Made by a program: the position numbers and the translations under genes
Shown here: piece by piece, positions 37,390 to 51,886 of the stretch
Layout: each line of letters opens with the position of its first letter
How positions within the stretch are numbered: position 1 is the stretch's first letter
The notes under the pieces: model-generated
What the model saw: only the letters and a program-made list of their open reading frames with translations
The model's database searches: none
Told to the model about the DNA's origin: nothing
Source: Chiloscyllium plagiosum
Lineage: Eukaryota
DNA length: 64,000 nt
Assembly (NCBI RefSeq): GCF_004010195.1
Contig: NC_057718.1
Coordinates: 71,660,433 to 71,724,432, forward strand
Direction of reading: 5' to 3'

Positions 37390-39610
37390 CTACACTCACC
37401 TCTGCCCACTGACTCTCTTGAAGTTCTAGCATGCTGCTGGTGTCTTGTGAAAGCTTGTGCAAAATACCTATTCAGTTCCTCTACCATTTCTTTGTGCTCC
37501 ATTATTACTTCTCCAGCCTCATATTCCAGTGGTTCAATGCCCTTAGCTCTTAGCTCTCGCTCTTAGCTTTTAGCTATCTGAAAAAAAATTCTTGCAATCT
37601 TTTATATTACTAACTAGCTTACCTTATGCTGTGCTGGTTTTTAAAGGCTTCCCAATCCTCTAGCTTCCCAATAATCTTTGTCACATTGATTGCTTTTACT
37701 TTTGCTTCTATGTTGTCCCCAACTTTCCTTGTCAGCTATGGTTGCCTCATCCTCCCCTTAGTATGTTTCTTCTTCTTTAGAATGAATTGCTGCTGTGTCT
37801 CCTGAGTTACGCTCAGAAACTTCGGCTATTGCTGCTCCACCATCTTCCCTGCTAGGCTCCCTTTCCAATCACCTCTGGCTAGCTTCTCCCTCATGTTCTT
37901 ACCTTTACTCAATTGTAATATCATTGTATTGCTTCCAGCTTCTCCCTCTCAAAATACAGGGTGAATTCTATCATATTATGATCATTGCCCTTCACTTTAA
38001 GCTCCTAGTCAAGTCTGCTCGTTGTACATCACCAAATCCAGAATTGCCTGTGGCTTTATTGGCTATGCCACAAGCTGCTCCAAAAAACATCTCGTAGACA
38101 TTCCACAAATTCTTTTTCTTGTGATCCACTACTAGCCTGATTTTCCCAGTCCACCTGTGTATTGAAGTCCCCCATGATTTTTGTAATAGTGCCTTTATAA
38201 CATGCCTTTTCTAAGGGAAAGTGAAGATGTTGGTGATCAGAGTTGAGAGTGTGGTGCTGGAAAAGCACAGTACGTCAGGCAGCATCCACAGAGCAGAAGA
38301 ATCGACGTTTCAGGCATAAGCCCTTCATCGGAATTTCTATCTCCTGATTTAATTTCTTCATTGCATCCTGACTATTGCAAGGAAGCCTATACATAACTCC
38401 CATCAGGGTCATTTTTCCCTTTGCAGTTTCCCAACTGTATTGACACATATTCTATGTCTTCCAATTCTACATCACTTCTTGTCATCAATTTAATTTAATT
38501 TCTTACTAACAGAGCAATGCCACCCTCTCTGTCCATCTTCCTTTTTTTTTGATAGGATGCATATCCTTGGATATTTAGGTTCCTGCCCTGTCGCACATCT
38601 CTGTGATAATAATATCAAACCTGCCAATTTTAATCCATACTACAAGCTCGTTTACCTTGTTTCGTATATTGCATCCATTTAAGTGCAACACCCTCAGTCC
38701 TGAGTTGACTGCCACCCTTCTCATAGTTATCCCCTTATCTACTGTGCTTGAAGTTAGATTCCTGACCCTTTCCATACTCACTGTCGCAATATGTATTCTG
38801 GAAACTGTAATAATCTCTGATGAGTCCTCCCCCTGCTTTAACTTATTCTAGAATTTTCCATGCAATTAAACCCATCCCCCTCCCCCGACAATATTTAGTT
38901 TAAAGCCCTGTCCACGTCCTTTGCCAAATTTTGGCCTGTGACCGAGCCTATTAATACCTATTTGTAACTTGCTTATTTCCTACCTGTTTTAATGCCATCC
39001 ATAAATTTGGTTACTTACTTTATAACTCTGCATCTACTTTATTGATATAGATTATAAATAGCTGGGGCTTGAAGATCCAAAACGTATGGCACTTCCTAAT
39101 TGTGTCTTACCAACTGGGAAAAGACCTGACTCTCTGCTTTCTGTTTAGCTAATCCTCTATCCAAGGTAATGAATTATCCCCAATCCCTAAGATGTGATTT
39201 TATATGGCATATTCACCTTTTGTGCAGCACCTTATCAAATGCCTTCTGGAAGTCTGGAAGAACAACACCTGGAAGAACGGATCCCATTAAAATGTTTGCT
39301 GCATCACCAAAGAATTCCAGCAAATTAGTCAAACTTTACTTGATTTTCATAAAACCATACTGACTCTGATAGATTGGACTTTGACTTTCCAAATGTCCTG
39401 TTGTTACATCCTTAATAATGAATTCTAATTATTTCCAAACAACATATGTTAAACTAACTGGTTTGTACTTTCCTACTTCCTGTTTCCCTCCCTTTTTGAG
39501 TAAGGATTTATATTAGCATTTTCCCAATCCACTAGAACTATTCTTACTTGCAGAAAATTTTGGAATTTATAACAAATGGATCTGCTACCTCAGCTGCTGC
39601 TTCCCTTAGG
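37390..39610 (-). mobile_element. Decayed CR1 fragments (APE and RT), with a 120-bp Penelope pLTR insertion at 38214-38333
   Basis: LHLNGCNIRNK, IMGDFN..VDW. The insertion has TSD tttcta and a minus-strand hammerhead remnant. Confidence 0.75.
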
Positions 39611-39619
39611 ATGTCACTG

Positions 39620-39950
39620 CCCCCACTGTAAATGTTCAGCAGCAGCAGCGTGTACCATCTACAAAAACATTACAGAAATTCACCAATGCTCCTTAACATC
39701 GCCCAAACCCAGGGCAACTACCATTTAGCAGAACAAAGGCGGCAAACACATGGGAATGCCACAATGTCAAACTTCCCGTCCACGCACATCATGGAAATGT
39801 ATGACTGTTCTTTCAGTGTCACTGGCTGGGTCAGAATCCTGGAACTGCCTCCCTAATGGCATTTTTCCAAATTGATTTCAGTGGTTCAAGAAGGTGGCTG
39901 ATCACATTTTCTCAAGGCCAACTAGGAATGAGTACGACCTGGCTCAGTCA
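39620..39950 (+). mobile_element. Old LINE (CR1/L2-like) 3' end
   Basis: aatcctggaactgcctccct...ttcaagaagg...ctcaaggccaactagg; tail resembles the SINE at 3720-4070. Confidence 0.5.
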
Positions 39951-40310
39951 GCAATCTGCAGCAAATCAAATCGATCAGGGCTGATTAGTTTCATATGGTG
40001 CATTTTTGCTAAAGAAGCTAATCCATGAAAGGCAGCTCTCACCAAAAGTGCTGCATATGAAGCTGTTATCAAATGTAAGCTGTTGTTTTTGGTGTTAGTG
40101 ACTGTTGCCATGCTGGCAGAGGCCAACCACAAAAGAAGTCCCCATTTTCCTGTGATGTCAGCTAGTGTCCCTATGTGTGAGAATAGATGTTTAGGTCCCC
40201 ATATCACTAAAAAATATACATGAGGTGTACCTTTGGGTGTTTTGCTCATCACCTGGTTCTGGCTATCTCATCATAGAGAAAATCCTAAGGTCTGTCTCAT
40301 ATGCTAGTGA

Positions 40311-40472
40311 ATAAAAAAATGAAAGAATTGCGGATGCTGTAAATCAGAAACAAAAACAGGTTGCTGGAATAGTTCTGAGGAGGGTCACCGGACCCGAAAT
40401 GTTAATTCTGATTTCTCTTCGCAGATGCTGCCGGACCTGCTGAGCTTTTCCAGCAACTTCTGTTTTTGTGTC
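40311..40472. mobile_element. Family-2 Penelope pLTR mini-insertion (inverted ends) with hammerhead at 40371-40407 (+)
   Basis: TSD ctagtga (40304-40310 / 40473-40479). Motif agtt-CTGAGGA-gggtc(accg)gaccc-GAAA-tGTT-aatt. Confidence 0.75.
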
Positions 40473-40859
40473 CTAGTGACATGTCCAAGCCACCAAAAGT
40501 CATTTGTACTCAAGACTGTTAACATACTAGGGTACTTTGCTTTCAAGAAAACTGCTGCATTCATGGTTTTGCCTTTCAATGAGATGCCTTTTCATAATGC
40601 TTCTCTTTGCTTCTTACTAAAATAACCCTGCATTTACTCACATTCTCCATTTGCCCTTTGTTGTCCATCATTTTAACCTGTCTGTATCTATTTGCAGTTT
40701 TTTTGTGTCCTGTTTAAGTTTACATTCCCATCTCATTTCGATGTAAGCTTTGAATGCATGACCCTGGTTTCTGAAACAGCTTGGTTAGAGGTCAGTTCTG
40801 GAGCAGCTCAAGATTGAGTATTTATTGTATTGGGGTCTTAGGCAGCAACTAAGTTTTAG

Positions 40860-42520
40860 GGCCACCAGGTCCAGATAGAATTCATCCCTGCATCTTAAAA
40901 GAAATAGCCATTGAGATAGTTGATGTATTGGTTTTAATTTTCCAACATTCCTTAGATTCATGGAAGGAGCTACTAGATTGGAAAACATCGAATGTAACTG
41001 CTTTATGCAAAAATGGAGGGAGACAGAAAACAGGAAACTATGGCCAGTAGGCTTAATATCTATCAGAAGAAAGATATTAGTTATTATTAATGATATTACC
41101 TGAGGCAGTTAGAAATATTCAAGATAATCAGGCAAAGTCAACTTAGCTTTGTGAAAGGGAAGTCATGTTTAATCAACTTAATGGCATTCTTTGAGGAAGT
41201 AATGTGTGCGGTGGATAAAGGGGTGGATGTACTGTACTTAGATTTCCAGAAGCAGTTTGATACAATGCAATATCAAAGGCTGTTGTGGAAAATAAAAGCT
41301 CATGGTATAGGTGGTTAAAATACTTGCACGAATGAAAGATGAATTATTTTCCACCCGATGTTTGAAGAGTCAGTATTGTTGGGGATATAAGTGATGAGTG
41401 TAGATGAGGATGAGTTGGGAGAGGGGAAACGTTGTGAGGATGACTGAGGGTAAGTGTGCATTGTTAATAAGGGGTGGTGAGCATTATCTGGGTTTCACAG
41501 GTCCTTTAAAAAGCTCATTGAACTGAAAAGGCGTTATTTTTGTTCCTGACAAAAATTAGGCCTGGCTTCATGTCACTTAGGCCTTACTGCTCAGTAAGAT
41601 GTTCCTGTTCATCATTGGATTAGGCTTCAGTGTGAAAAAGTAGCTAGGTAGTTTAAATTGCAGTAAACAACTGGAAGGTCTGGCCTGTAGATTTAATTTA
41701 AGCCACAGGTGTTAATTATTTTCACATTTCAAAATGGTAACTGCCCCACCAAAACCAAGCAGTTCACATTTTATACTCTGAGGGATAAGAGGGATATAGG
41801 ATTGTCTGCAGTTAGGCTTAGATGAAGAGGCAAAATTTAATGACAATGTGCTGTGGAGTTATAGAGTCATGCAGGCCCTTCATCCTAAACTGGTCCATGC
41901 TGAGCTTGGTGCCCACTCAGTTAGCTTGAATTGTCCACATTTGGTCCATATCCCTCTAAACTCTTCCCATCCATGTACTTTTCCAAATGTTTTTTAAATG
42001 GTGCTATTGTACCTGCCTCAACCACTTTCTCTGGCAGTCCATTCCATATACGCACCACTCTTTGCGTGAAGAAGTTGCCCATCAGGTCCTTCCTAAATCT
42101 TTCCCCTATCACCTTAAACCTATGCCTTCTATAGTTTTCAGTTCCCCATTCCTGGGAGAAAGACTATATGCATTAATCCTACCTATGCCCCTCATGCTTT
42201 TATACACCTCGATAAGGTCAACCCTCAATTTCCTACATTCCAAGAAATAAAGTCCTATTCTGGCCAACCTCTCCCTATAGCTCAGGCCTACTAGCCCTGG
42301 TAATATCCTTGTTAATCTTCTTTGCACTCTTTCTAATTTAGCTCTGTCTTTCCTATTGCAGGATGACCAAAGCTGCACACAATACTCCAAGTCCAGCCTC
42401 ACCAGTAACATATATAACTGTAACCTAATGCCCCAACTCCTACATTTAATGCCTCGATTGCTGAAATCCAGCATGCTAAATGTCTTCTTCACCACCTTGT
42501 CTAGCTGTGACACCACTTGT
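40860..42520. mobile_element. CR1 fragments: + strand about 40860-41340, - strand about 41857-42520
   Basis: DVLYLDFQK; ORF 42109-42516 has LEYCVQLWS..LERVQRR. Confidence 0.75.
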
Positions 42521-42887
42521 TGATAGAGCCAGTGTTTTCCCTTGTTATTCCCATCTAGTGTAGTCCAGGTGTGAGCAGAATTACCCTCACTGGTACATGG
42601 GTTTTGGAAGAATAGCCCACCAAGACTATCATTAAGGTGCAGGAAGGAAAATAGGACCTGTAAACATCAAGAAAGGTGAGCTGATGTTGATGTCCTTTCA
42701 AAAGAGTGAAAATATCTATGGCAAAAGCCTGCAGTTCTAGTTTGGAGGAAAGTGACCATAGTTTAGAGTTATTTACCCAGTAATATTGAATCTTTACATA
42801 AAGAAGGAGGGCAGGCATCCAATTATGTCTTTATCTGCTTTATGCAGAAGCAACTGATGACAGTTCCATATATCAAAGATCAGAAGT

Positions 42888-44826
42888 AGGAGAAAATTAG
42901 GACTTCAGATGATGGAGATCAGACTCCAGAAGTATGGTGCTGGAAAACCACAGCCGGTCAGGCAGCATCCAAGGAGCAGGAGAGTTGATATTTCAAGCAT
43001 AAGCTCTTCATCGGAAATGAGGGGGTAGCCCAAAGGGGCTGAGAGATAAATAAGAGGAGGGTGGAGCTGGGGACAGTTGGCTGGGAATGCGATAGGTAGG
43101 TGATGGAGATAGATCAGAAAGGAGGGTGGTGCAGATAGGTGCAGAAGAAGATTGACAGGTGGATAGTTCAAGAGGGCGATGACGAATTGGAAGGTTCGAT
43201 CTGGGATAAGATGGGGGGATGGGGCGCGAAAATGAAGAAACTGCTGAAATCTACATTGATCCTGTGTGGTTGGAGGGTCCCAAGGGGTAAGATGAGGTAT
43301 TCGCGATAGTCCAGGTGAACCTGAGGTCAGGGTGGAAGGTGTTGGTGAAGTTGATGAACTGTTCAATCTTCTTGCGGGAGCAAAAGGTGGCACCAATAGA
43401 GTCATCGATTTAGTGGAGGAAAAGATGGGGAATGGTGCCATTGTAACGACTGAAGATGGACTGTTCCACTGACTTACGAAGTGGCAGGCATAGCTGGGGT
43501 CCATGTGGATGTCCATAGTTACCCCTTTTGTCTGGAGGAAATGGGATGATTCGATGGAGAAATTGTTGACGATGAGGACCAGTTCAGCCAATTGCATGAG
43601 TGTGTCAGTGGAAGGGTACTGTTTGGGTCAGCAGGAGAGGAAGAAATGGAGAGCCTGGAGGCCTTTGTCATGGCGGATGGAAGTGTACAGGGATTGGATG
43701 TCCATGGTGACGATGAGGCATTGGGGGTCAAGGAAACGGAAGTCATGGAGGAGGTGGAGGGCCTGGGTGGTGTCCCAAACATATGTGGGGAGATCCTGGG
43801 CCAACAGTGACAGGACCTTATCAAGGTATGCAGAGATAAGTTCAGTGGGGCCGGAACAGGCTGAGATGATGGATCAACCAGGGCAGTCAGGTTTGTGAAT
43901 TTTGGGTAGGAGGTAGAACCGGGTGGTGCAGGGTTAGTTTGGTGCACCGACCTCTACACCAACTCATGGACACCTCCTCCTACTGCCCCCTTGACCATGA
44001 CCTCACCTCCTCTCAATAAACCATCATCTCCCAGATCATCCACAACCTCATCACCTCAGGGGACCTCCCACCAACAGCCTGATAGTCCGGGATCCCCATA
44101 CCGTCCGGTTCCACCTCCTACCCAAAATTCAGAAACCTGACTGCCCCAGTCCACTCATCGTCTCAGCCTGCTCCTCACTCCTATCTGCGTTTCTCAGAGA
44201 CCATTCCCTCCGTGCCTCCTTTGCTAGGTCCACAGCCTCCACCACCTACTCTCCACACCCAGCATCTTCCCTTACCACCGCAAGATGCGCAAAACCTGTG
44301 CCCACACCTCTCCCCTCTGTCCAAAGGCCCCAAAGGATCCTTCCACATTCAACAGAGATTTACCTGTACTTCCACATACATTCTCTACTGTCTCAATTGC
44401 CCCTGGTGTGGTCTCCTCTACATTGGTGAGACAGAATGCCAACTTGCCTTTCAGAGAACATTTCTGGCACTAAACAACTCTACTGCCCTGTTGATGAAGA
44501 CTTTAACTCCCCCTCCCACTCCGCTAAGGACATGCAAATCCTGGGCCTCCTCACCACCAAACTCTAGCCACCCAATGCCTGGAGGAAGAACGTCTCATCT
44601 TCCGCCTTGGGACCCTCCAACCATATGGGATCAAAGTAGATTTCACCAGTTTCTTCATTTCCCTCCCCTCCACCTTATCCCAGATCCAACCTTCCAACTC
44701 GGCACCGCCATCTTGAACTGTCCTACCTGTCCATCTTCCTCCCCACCTATCTGCTCCACCCTCCTTTCTGACTTATCACCATCACTTCCCCACCTTCATC
44801 TACCTATCCCATTCACGGCCACCTTT
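42888..44826. mobile_element. Penelope-like element fragments in inverted arrangement (- 42888-43925; + 43925-44826)
   Basis: Minus: LAELVL..NNFS..HFLQTKGV.M and pLTR. Plus: PKIQKPDCP and CGLLYIGETE. Confidence 0.82.
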
Positions 44827-44829
44827 TTT

Positions 44830-47800
44830 GTGATTCATTGTTGAGGATTCTGTTCTGTAGTTTTCTGCAGTCTTTCATATTTAAACAATATTCGCCTCCT
44901 CTACCTTCCTTCCAAAATGCATAACCTCACATTTCCCCATCTTATATTCCAGCTGCAAAGGTTTTGCCCATTGATCTAATCTGCACATATCTCCATGTCA
45001 TTTGTAAACTTTTCCATAGCAGAATCATTTTCTTCATCCAAGCTATTAATATATTATAAATGATTGTGGCCCCAGCACTGATCCCAGTGACACATTGCTA
45101 ATTACAGATTGCCAGCCTGAAATGTCACCCCTCCTTATTCCAAGTCTCTGGCTTCTATTAGTTCGCCAGTTCTCTATCCATACTAATTTACTACTATGTG
45201 CTCTTGTCCTATTATGTGTAGTCTCTTATTAAGTGCCTTCTGAAAATCCAAACATACTCATTGCCTCCCCTTTATCTATCCTGCTTCTTACCTCCTCAAA
45301 GAATTCTAGTAGGTTTGTCAGAGATGATGTCCTCTTCATGAAGCAGTGCTGACACTGCCTGATTGTATTTAGCATTTTTAAATGATCAGCTATTGCATCT
45401 TTTCTAATAGACTTGAATGTTTTCACAATGACAGATGTTAAGCCAACTGGTGTATAGTTAGGTCATCTAACTTTCTGCTTGGGACCCTGCAGCATCAGGA
45501 CTCCATATTGAGTTCAATAATTTTAGGGCATGAACATATTTTTCCTTGACCTTTATCCATCACCACAACCCAGGCCCTGTCATCATATGGGCTGCTTTAA
45601 GCACAGCTAACTTAATTTCATGTACTTATGGTCCCTATTAGTAGCTTTTCTTTCTCGATGGCTTACCATTATTCATTTGTTTGTTTGCTGAACTATCTTT
45701 CTTGCCTTCTGGGTTCACCTTCACCTATCACTTACCCTTTAACCCTCTTAACAGAATACATACCTTCTTTTCTTAGCCACTATTGGTTCTGAAGAATGGT
45801 CACTGGACCCAAACTGTTAACTATGCTTTCTCTCCACAGCTACTGCCAGGCCCGCTGAGTTTCTCCAGAATTTTCTATTTTGTGGCCTATAGTTACTTGA
45901 TTTTTGTCTTAACATTGGCAGTTTTCCAATCCTCTGGGATATTTTCAACCCCCCACCTTTTTGCTGCAGCCCTGCAAATCTTCTGGTAGTTATTCAATTT
46001 CTTTTGAAAGCTGTAATTGAACCCACCTAAGATCATAAGAAATAAGACCTCTGCAGAGCAGTTCTGCCATTCAATAAAATCATGGCGAATCTGATTCATC
46101 CTAAACTCCACTTTCTGGCCTGTCTCCCATAGCCCTTAATTGTTTGTAAATCTGAAATCTTTCTCATGCTGTCTTGAATATATTCAGTGGTCCAGGCTCC
46201 ACTGCTGACACTACGAAGAATTCCAGAGCCTTTTGAGAGAAAAAAAACTCCTCTCCATTTTAACTGAAAGGTCCCTTATTTTTAAATTATGCCCTCTAAT
46301 TCTAGACTTCTCTGTGAGGGGAAACAATTTCTCCACATGTACAGTCATGCCCCACTCAGAATAATATGTTACAATAAAAGGAACCCATTCTTCTAAACTA
46401 GGCCCAACCTGCTCAAGCTTTCCTAAGACAACCCCTTCATCTTGAAAATCAGCCTTCTCTAAACAGTTCCAAAGCGAATACAAAGTTGTCAGAACTGAAC
46501 ACAGTGCTCCATGTGTAGTCTCACCAATGTAATAAGAGTTGTGAGAAGGGTTGTGGGGAGTAGTGACAAGACATCCCCACTTTATCCACTGTCTCACCTG
46601 CGATAAATATCTCTGTTCCATTTAACTTCCTAATTACTTGCTGCACTGTATGCTAATCTTCTGTGATTCATGTATAAGGATATCCAGTTCCCTCTGTAAT
46701 GCGTTCTGCTGTCTCCCCATTTAAATAGTATTGTGCTTTTCTACTCTTCCTGATTCATATGTTCCCATAGTGCACTCCAGCTGCCAAATCTTTTTGTCCA
46801 CTCAATTGACCTATCATAATTCTGTCCTCATTTTATTCTATGTAATATTTTTCTTCATCTTTGTTTGCTGGGATGGCTTTTTTTCATTCCTTCACAATTC
46901 ATTTTGGTGTTCTTTATGTAGCCCATACTCCTCATGTTACTGCTGTATTGACCTTTAGTTCGGCCACATTTGGAACATTGTGTACATTTCTGGCCACCAT
47001 GCTTTAAGAAAAATGTGGAGGCTTTGGAAAGCGTACAAACATAGTTTAGCAGGATGTTGCTTGGTTTGGAGAATATTAACTATGAAGAGGGATTTGACAG
47101 ACATGGTTTGTCTTCACTTGAATGTTGACCATGAGGGGTGACCTGATAAAAGTTACAAAGTTATGTGAGACATAGATAGAATGGAGTCTTTTTTTCCCAT
47201 ATAGAAATGTCATTTCCTAGGGGTCATAGGTCTAAGGTAAAATGGGATAAGTTTAAAGGGGATAAAATGTTTGAGAGGCACTTTTTCTTTATAGATGGTG
47301 GTAAGTACCTGGAACGTGCTGCCAGAGGAGGAGATAGAATAGAAACGTATACAAGACATCTTGACAGATATAAGAATAAACAGGGAATAGAGGCACAGTG
47401 TAGAGGCATTAGTTATTTAGTTTGGTACATAGGCATTGTGTGATATCGCAGCCTTGGGAGGCTGAAGGGCCTATTCCTGTGCTGTACTGCTCTTTGTTAA
47501 TGCAACTGTTATTTCTTTACTACATTCGTTAGCTGTCTGTCTATTGCAGCAAGAATTCTTTTGTTATTTAATGATCCCTAGCCTTTGTCTTCTCATGGAA
47601 TTTCTTAGTTCTTCTTGTACTTTCTCCCTTCCTTTGGCTTATAACTTTCACCTTTCTATTTCTCTTCAGTTCTGATGAAAGGTCTTGACCATTCTCTCCC
47701 TGGTTGCTGCCTGACCTGAGTTTTTTCCAGCGTATTTCAGATTTCCAACATGTGTAGTAATTTGGTTTTATAACTTATCTATACCACTTTGCTCTATGTA

Positions 47801-49000
47801 TCATTTTCACAATTTGCTTTCCAATCTATCCTTGTATATTTGGCTGCAATACAGTCAGTTATTTCATCCAAAGTCATTGAGATAGATTGCTGTGGCATTT
47901 CACTAGTTACAGTTTTCTAACATAAAATGATCCTATTACGTTATGTTAGTTAGTCAATCCTCAACCCATGCACATACTGGAGACAATTCTTGCCTAATTA
48001 GGCTCCCTAGAGTAATTTACCTAGTGCCACTTTCCTAGTTGCTCTGCATTATCCTGACGTACTTAATTTTGGTATCACAATAAAATCCTCTGTTGAATAC
48101 CTTGACTGCCTCCAGCACACTGTCAGGCAATCATTTGAGATCCTAACCACTCACTGCATGAATAAGTATTTCTGCATATCGCCATTGCTTCTTTTGCCAA
48201 TTGCCTTCAATCTGTGTCCTCTTGTTTGCAATTCTTTTACAAAACTGGAAACATTTTATCCCCAGCCTTCTAATCCTGACCCCTCATTTTTAGTATCCTC
48301 TATCAAAATTCTGTTTTTGAAAGAAACCAGTCTAAAATTTTCCAATTTATCAACATAATTATGTTTTTCATCCCTGGGATCATTCTCAGAAATAATTTCT
48401 ACCCTCAGTCATTCATGTCTTTGCTAAAGTGTGGCGTCCGAACTGGACTCCTTATTTAAGAAAAGATACCATTTCATTGAAGGCAGTTCAGAAAAGGTTC
48501 ACTATGATGATCCCTCTTATGGAAGGATTGTTTTATGAGCAAAGGCTAAATTGGTTGGGGGTCTACTCACTGGAGTTTAGAATCATGAGAGGTGATTTCA
48601 TTGAAGCATACAATATTCTTAAGAGACTTGACAGAATGTTACCCCACCCCCATCAGAAGAGTCTAGGACCAAAGGGCATAGTCTCAGAATAAAGATGTAC
48701 CAATTTAAGATTAAGATGAGGCGAAATTTTCTCTTCTCAGAGGATTGAGAGTCTGTGGAACTCCTTGCTACAGAGGGCTATGGGACCAGAATCCTTCTGT
48801 ATATTTTAAGGCTGAGAAAAATAGATTCTTGATCAGTAGGATTACAGGCAAAGCATAAGAAAGTGGATGAGAAATGTCAGATTAGACATGATCCTATTAA
48901 ATGGTGGAGCAAGCTAGAAGTCTATGCGGCCTGCTCCTGTTTCTATTTCTTTCGGTCTTCTGGACACCAAATCAGTGTTCAGTATATATCAATTTTACAT
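44830..49000. mobile_element. Mosaic of old CR1 fragments on both strands plus family-2 Penelope tails (about 45460-45880 and 47660-47770)
   Basis: TNLLEFFEEV and AVQKRFT..IP..GL.YE.RL motifs; ttctgaagaatggtcactggacc and ttctgatgaaaggtc remnants. Confidence 0.65.
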
Positions 49001-49039
49001 TACAGCCTGAATTATGGTCTCTGGAGATGTATGATGTTA

Positions 49040-50570
49040 TTTAGAGTCATAGAGATGTACAGCATGGAAACAGACCCTTCGGTCCAACCCATCCATGCCG
49101 ATCAGATATCCCAACCCAATCTAGTCCCACCTGCCAGCACCCAGCCCATATCGCTCCAAATCCTTCCTATTCATATACCCATCCAGATGCCTTTTAAATG
49201 TTGCAATTGTACCAGCCTCCACCACACCCTCTGGCAGTTCATTCCATACACGTACCACCCTCTGCGTGAAAAAGTTGCCCCTTAGGTCTCTCTTATATCT
49301 TTCCCCTCTCACCCTAAACCTATGCCCTCTAGTCTGGACTACCCAACCCCAGGGAAAAGACTTTGTCTATTTACCCTATCCATGCCCCTCATAATTTTNN
49401 NNNNNNNNNNNNNNNNNNNNNNNNNNNNNNNNNNNNNNNNNNNNNNNNNNNNNNNNNNNNNNNNNNNNNNNNNNNNNNNNNNNNNNNNNNNNNNNNNNNN
49501 NNNNNNNNNNNNNNNNNNNNNNNNNNNNNNNNNNNNNNNNNNNNNNNNNNNNNNNNNNNNNNNNNNNNNNNNNNNNNNNNNNNNNNNNNNNNNNNNNNNN
49601 NNNNNNNNNNNNNNNNNNNNNNNNNNNNNNNNNNNNNNNNNNNNNNNNNNNNNNNNNNNNNNNNNNNNNNNNNNNNNNNNNNNNNNNNNNNNNNNNNNNN
49701 NNNNNNNNNNNNNNNNNNNNNNNNNNNNNNNNNNNNNNNNNNNNNNNNNNNNNNNNNNNNNNNNNNNNNNNNNNNNNNNNNNNNNNNNNNNNNNNNNNNN
49801 NNNNNNNNNNNNNNNNNNNNNNNNNNNNNNNNNNNNNNNNNNNNNNNNNNNNNNNNNNNNNNNNNNNNNNNNNNNNNNNNNNNNNNNNNNNNNNNNNNNN
49901 NNNNNNNNNNNNNNNNNNNNNNNNNNNNNNNNNNNNNNNNNNNNNNNNNNNNNNNNNNNNNNNNNNNNNNNNNNNNNNNNNNNNNNNNNNNNNNNNNNNN
50001 NNNNNNNNNNNNNNNNNNNNNNNNNNNNNNNNNNNNNNNNNNNNNNNNNNNNNNNNNNNNNNNNNNNNNNNNNNNNNNNNNNNNNNNNNNNNNNNNNNNN
50101 NNNNNNNNNNNNNNNNNNNNNNNNNNNNNNNNNNNNNNNNNNNNNNNNNNNNNNNNNNNNNNNNNNNNNNNNNNNNNNNNNNNNNNNNNNNNNNNNNNNN
50201 NNNNNNNNNNNNNNNNNNCCACCACCAAGGTCAGGCTCACCGGTCTATATTTCCCTGGCTTGTCTTTACCGCCCTTCTTAAACAGTGGCACCACGTTTGC
50301 CAACCTCCAGTCTTCCGGCACCTCACCAGTGACTATCGATGATACAAATATCTCAGCAAGATGCCCAGCAATCACTTCTCTACTTCCCACAGAGTTCTCG
50401 GGTACCCCTGATCAGGTCCTGGGGCTTTATCCACCTTTTACCGTTTCAAGACATCCAGCACTTCCTCCTCTGTAATCTGGACATTTTGCAAGATGTCACC
50501 ATCTATTTCCCTACAGTCTATATCTTCCATATCCTTTTCCACAGTAAATACTGATGCAAAATATTCATTT
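49040..50570 (-). mobile_element. Young CR1/HER1 LINE spanning an assembly gap
   Basis: EDWRLANVVPLFKKG and RDLRGNFFTQRVVRVWNELP lie on either side of the N run. Confidence 0.85.
49399..50218. other. Assembly gap (820 N)
   Basis: N run within a CR1 element. Confidence 1.
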
Positions 50571-50757
50571 ATTGTGTACTTGTAGAAGAGAAATGTAGTC
50601 CTATGACAAGTACCTTTCAATAATATTTAATCAATTTTTCATAATAATGTATGAATTTTATAGTATTTTTATATTGGATATGGAAGTGTAGACTTGGATA
50701 TTTCCACAAAGCTTGATGGATCTCATGGTTACTTTTAGCCAGTGTACCAAGTGGTGA

Positions 50758-50958
<201 letters not shown>

Positions 50959-51027
50959 TAGTATATTGTACTTATTATTTCAGACAGGAATACAATTTGT
51001 GTGAGTGAATCAAGTGGATAATATTAG

Positions 51028-51886
51028 GACAGAAGTTGCTGAGAAAGCTCAGCAGGTCTGGCAGCATCTGTGAAGAGAAATCATAGTTAACTGTTTGGGT
51101 CTGGTGACCCTTCCTCAGAACTGATGGTAGCTAGGAAAATGTTGGTTTATATGCAGGAGATAGGGTGGAGGGAGAGGTTAAGGAGTAAATGATAAGTAGA
51201 AATAGAGCCCAAAGAGAGAGAAGAGCAGTTGGACAGACAAACGAGTCAATAACGATCTGGCTAGAAGTGTGAATAGCTGTTCATGGAGACGGGTAGTGGC
51301 TGACAATAGGTAGTGTGTAATGGAACACTGTGATCCAAAGGCCTGGTGTGTGTGTGATGGGGCTTAGGACATGGGGCACTTCAGGTTCTAAAATTATTGA
51401 ACTCAATATTAAGTCCAGAGAGCTGCAAGGTCCCCAGATGGAGGTGCTATTGTTCCAACTTGCGCCAAGTTTCGCTGGAGCACTGCAGCAAGCCTGGCCA
51501 GGGAACAGAGTGGTGTATTAAAGTGGCAGGCAATTGGAAGCTCAGGATCTTTTTTTGCAGGCAGAACGTAGATGTTATGCGAAGTGGTCACCTAGTCTAC
51601 GCTTCGTTTCCCCAATGTAGGCGAGGTCACACACCTCCCTGTTCTCTCTCTTTCAGCTCTATCTCTACCTATTGTTTACTCCTTAATCCCCTCCCCCAAC
51701 CTTATTTTCTGCACATAAACAACATTTTCCCAGCTACCACCAGTTCCGAGGAAGGGTCACTGGACCCAAAATGTTAACTTTGATTTCTCTTTACAGATAC
51801 TGCTAGACCTGTTGAGCTTTTCCAGCAACTTCTGTTTTTGTTTGTGTTTCTAATTTACAGCATCCGTGGTTCTTTCAATTTTTGTT
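51028..51886. mobile_element. Family-2 Penelope fragment with inverted pLTRs (hammerhead remnants 51085-51122 - and 51742-51779 +)
   Basis: Inverted ends cagaagttgctg.../...cagcaacttctg; GIY-YIG remnant (KDPELPIACHFN) on the minus strand. Imperfect 13-bp TSD tggata.t.ttag. Confidence 0.75.

Noticed and set aside
49322..50475. Long ORFs of 319-370 aa (also 53185-53986)
   Set aside because: Artefacts of translating N runs.
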